Part shown: one piece after another, positions 63,689-63,714 of the stretch | Layout: every line of letters begins with the position of its first letter | Numbering within the stretch: the stretch's first letter is position 1 | NCBI RefSeq assembly: GCF_001194135.2 | Contig: NC_068982.1 | Location: 185,524,066 to 185,587,779, forward strand | DNA: 63,714 nucleotides | Origin: Octopus bimaculoides | Taxonomy: Eukaryota | Direction: 5' to 3' | Position numbers and translations under genes: made by a program | Notes under the pieces: generated by a model | Databases searched by the model: none | The model's input: only the letters and a program-made list of their open reading frames with translations | What the model was told of the DNA's origin: nothing

Positions 63689-63714
63689 GTTAGAAAGTGC
63701 TTACTCCGGTATAT

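Overview
AT-rich, repeat-dense eukaryotic scaffold with six N-gaps. The SINE/LINE complement looks like a coleoid cephalopod, probably Octopus (inference from recognised repeat families). No complete host gene can be assembled, and nearly all ORFs in the track are microsatellite or transposon artefacts. The window is mostly intron-like or intergenic DNA. It holds a young RTE-clade LINE family (two ~1.6 kb RT fragments plus many 3' tails), older RTE fossils, a TSD-flanked Penelope-like element, R4/Dong-like fragments embedded in (CATA)n, at least four tRNA-derived SINE families, and fossils of pogo/Tigger, hAT, Tc1-like and mariner transposons plus MITEs. The best host-gene signal is a candidate first coding exon on the minus strand (31230-31349) beside a CpG-enriched, promoter-like segment. 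The most notable observations are: (1) minimal hammerhead-ribozyme folds at 10.9 kb, 63.66 kb and possibly 61.07 kb; (2) a tRNA-like Pol III promoter between the Penelope GIY-YIG ORF and its hammerhead; (3) apparent (CATA)n targeting by an R4/Dong-like element; (4) a variable-number hairpin array in the RTE 3' UTR.
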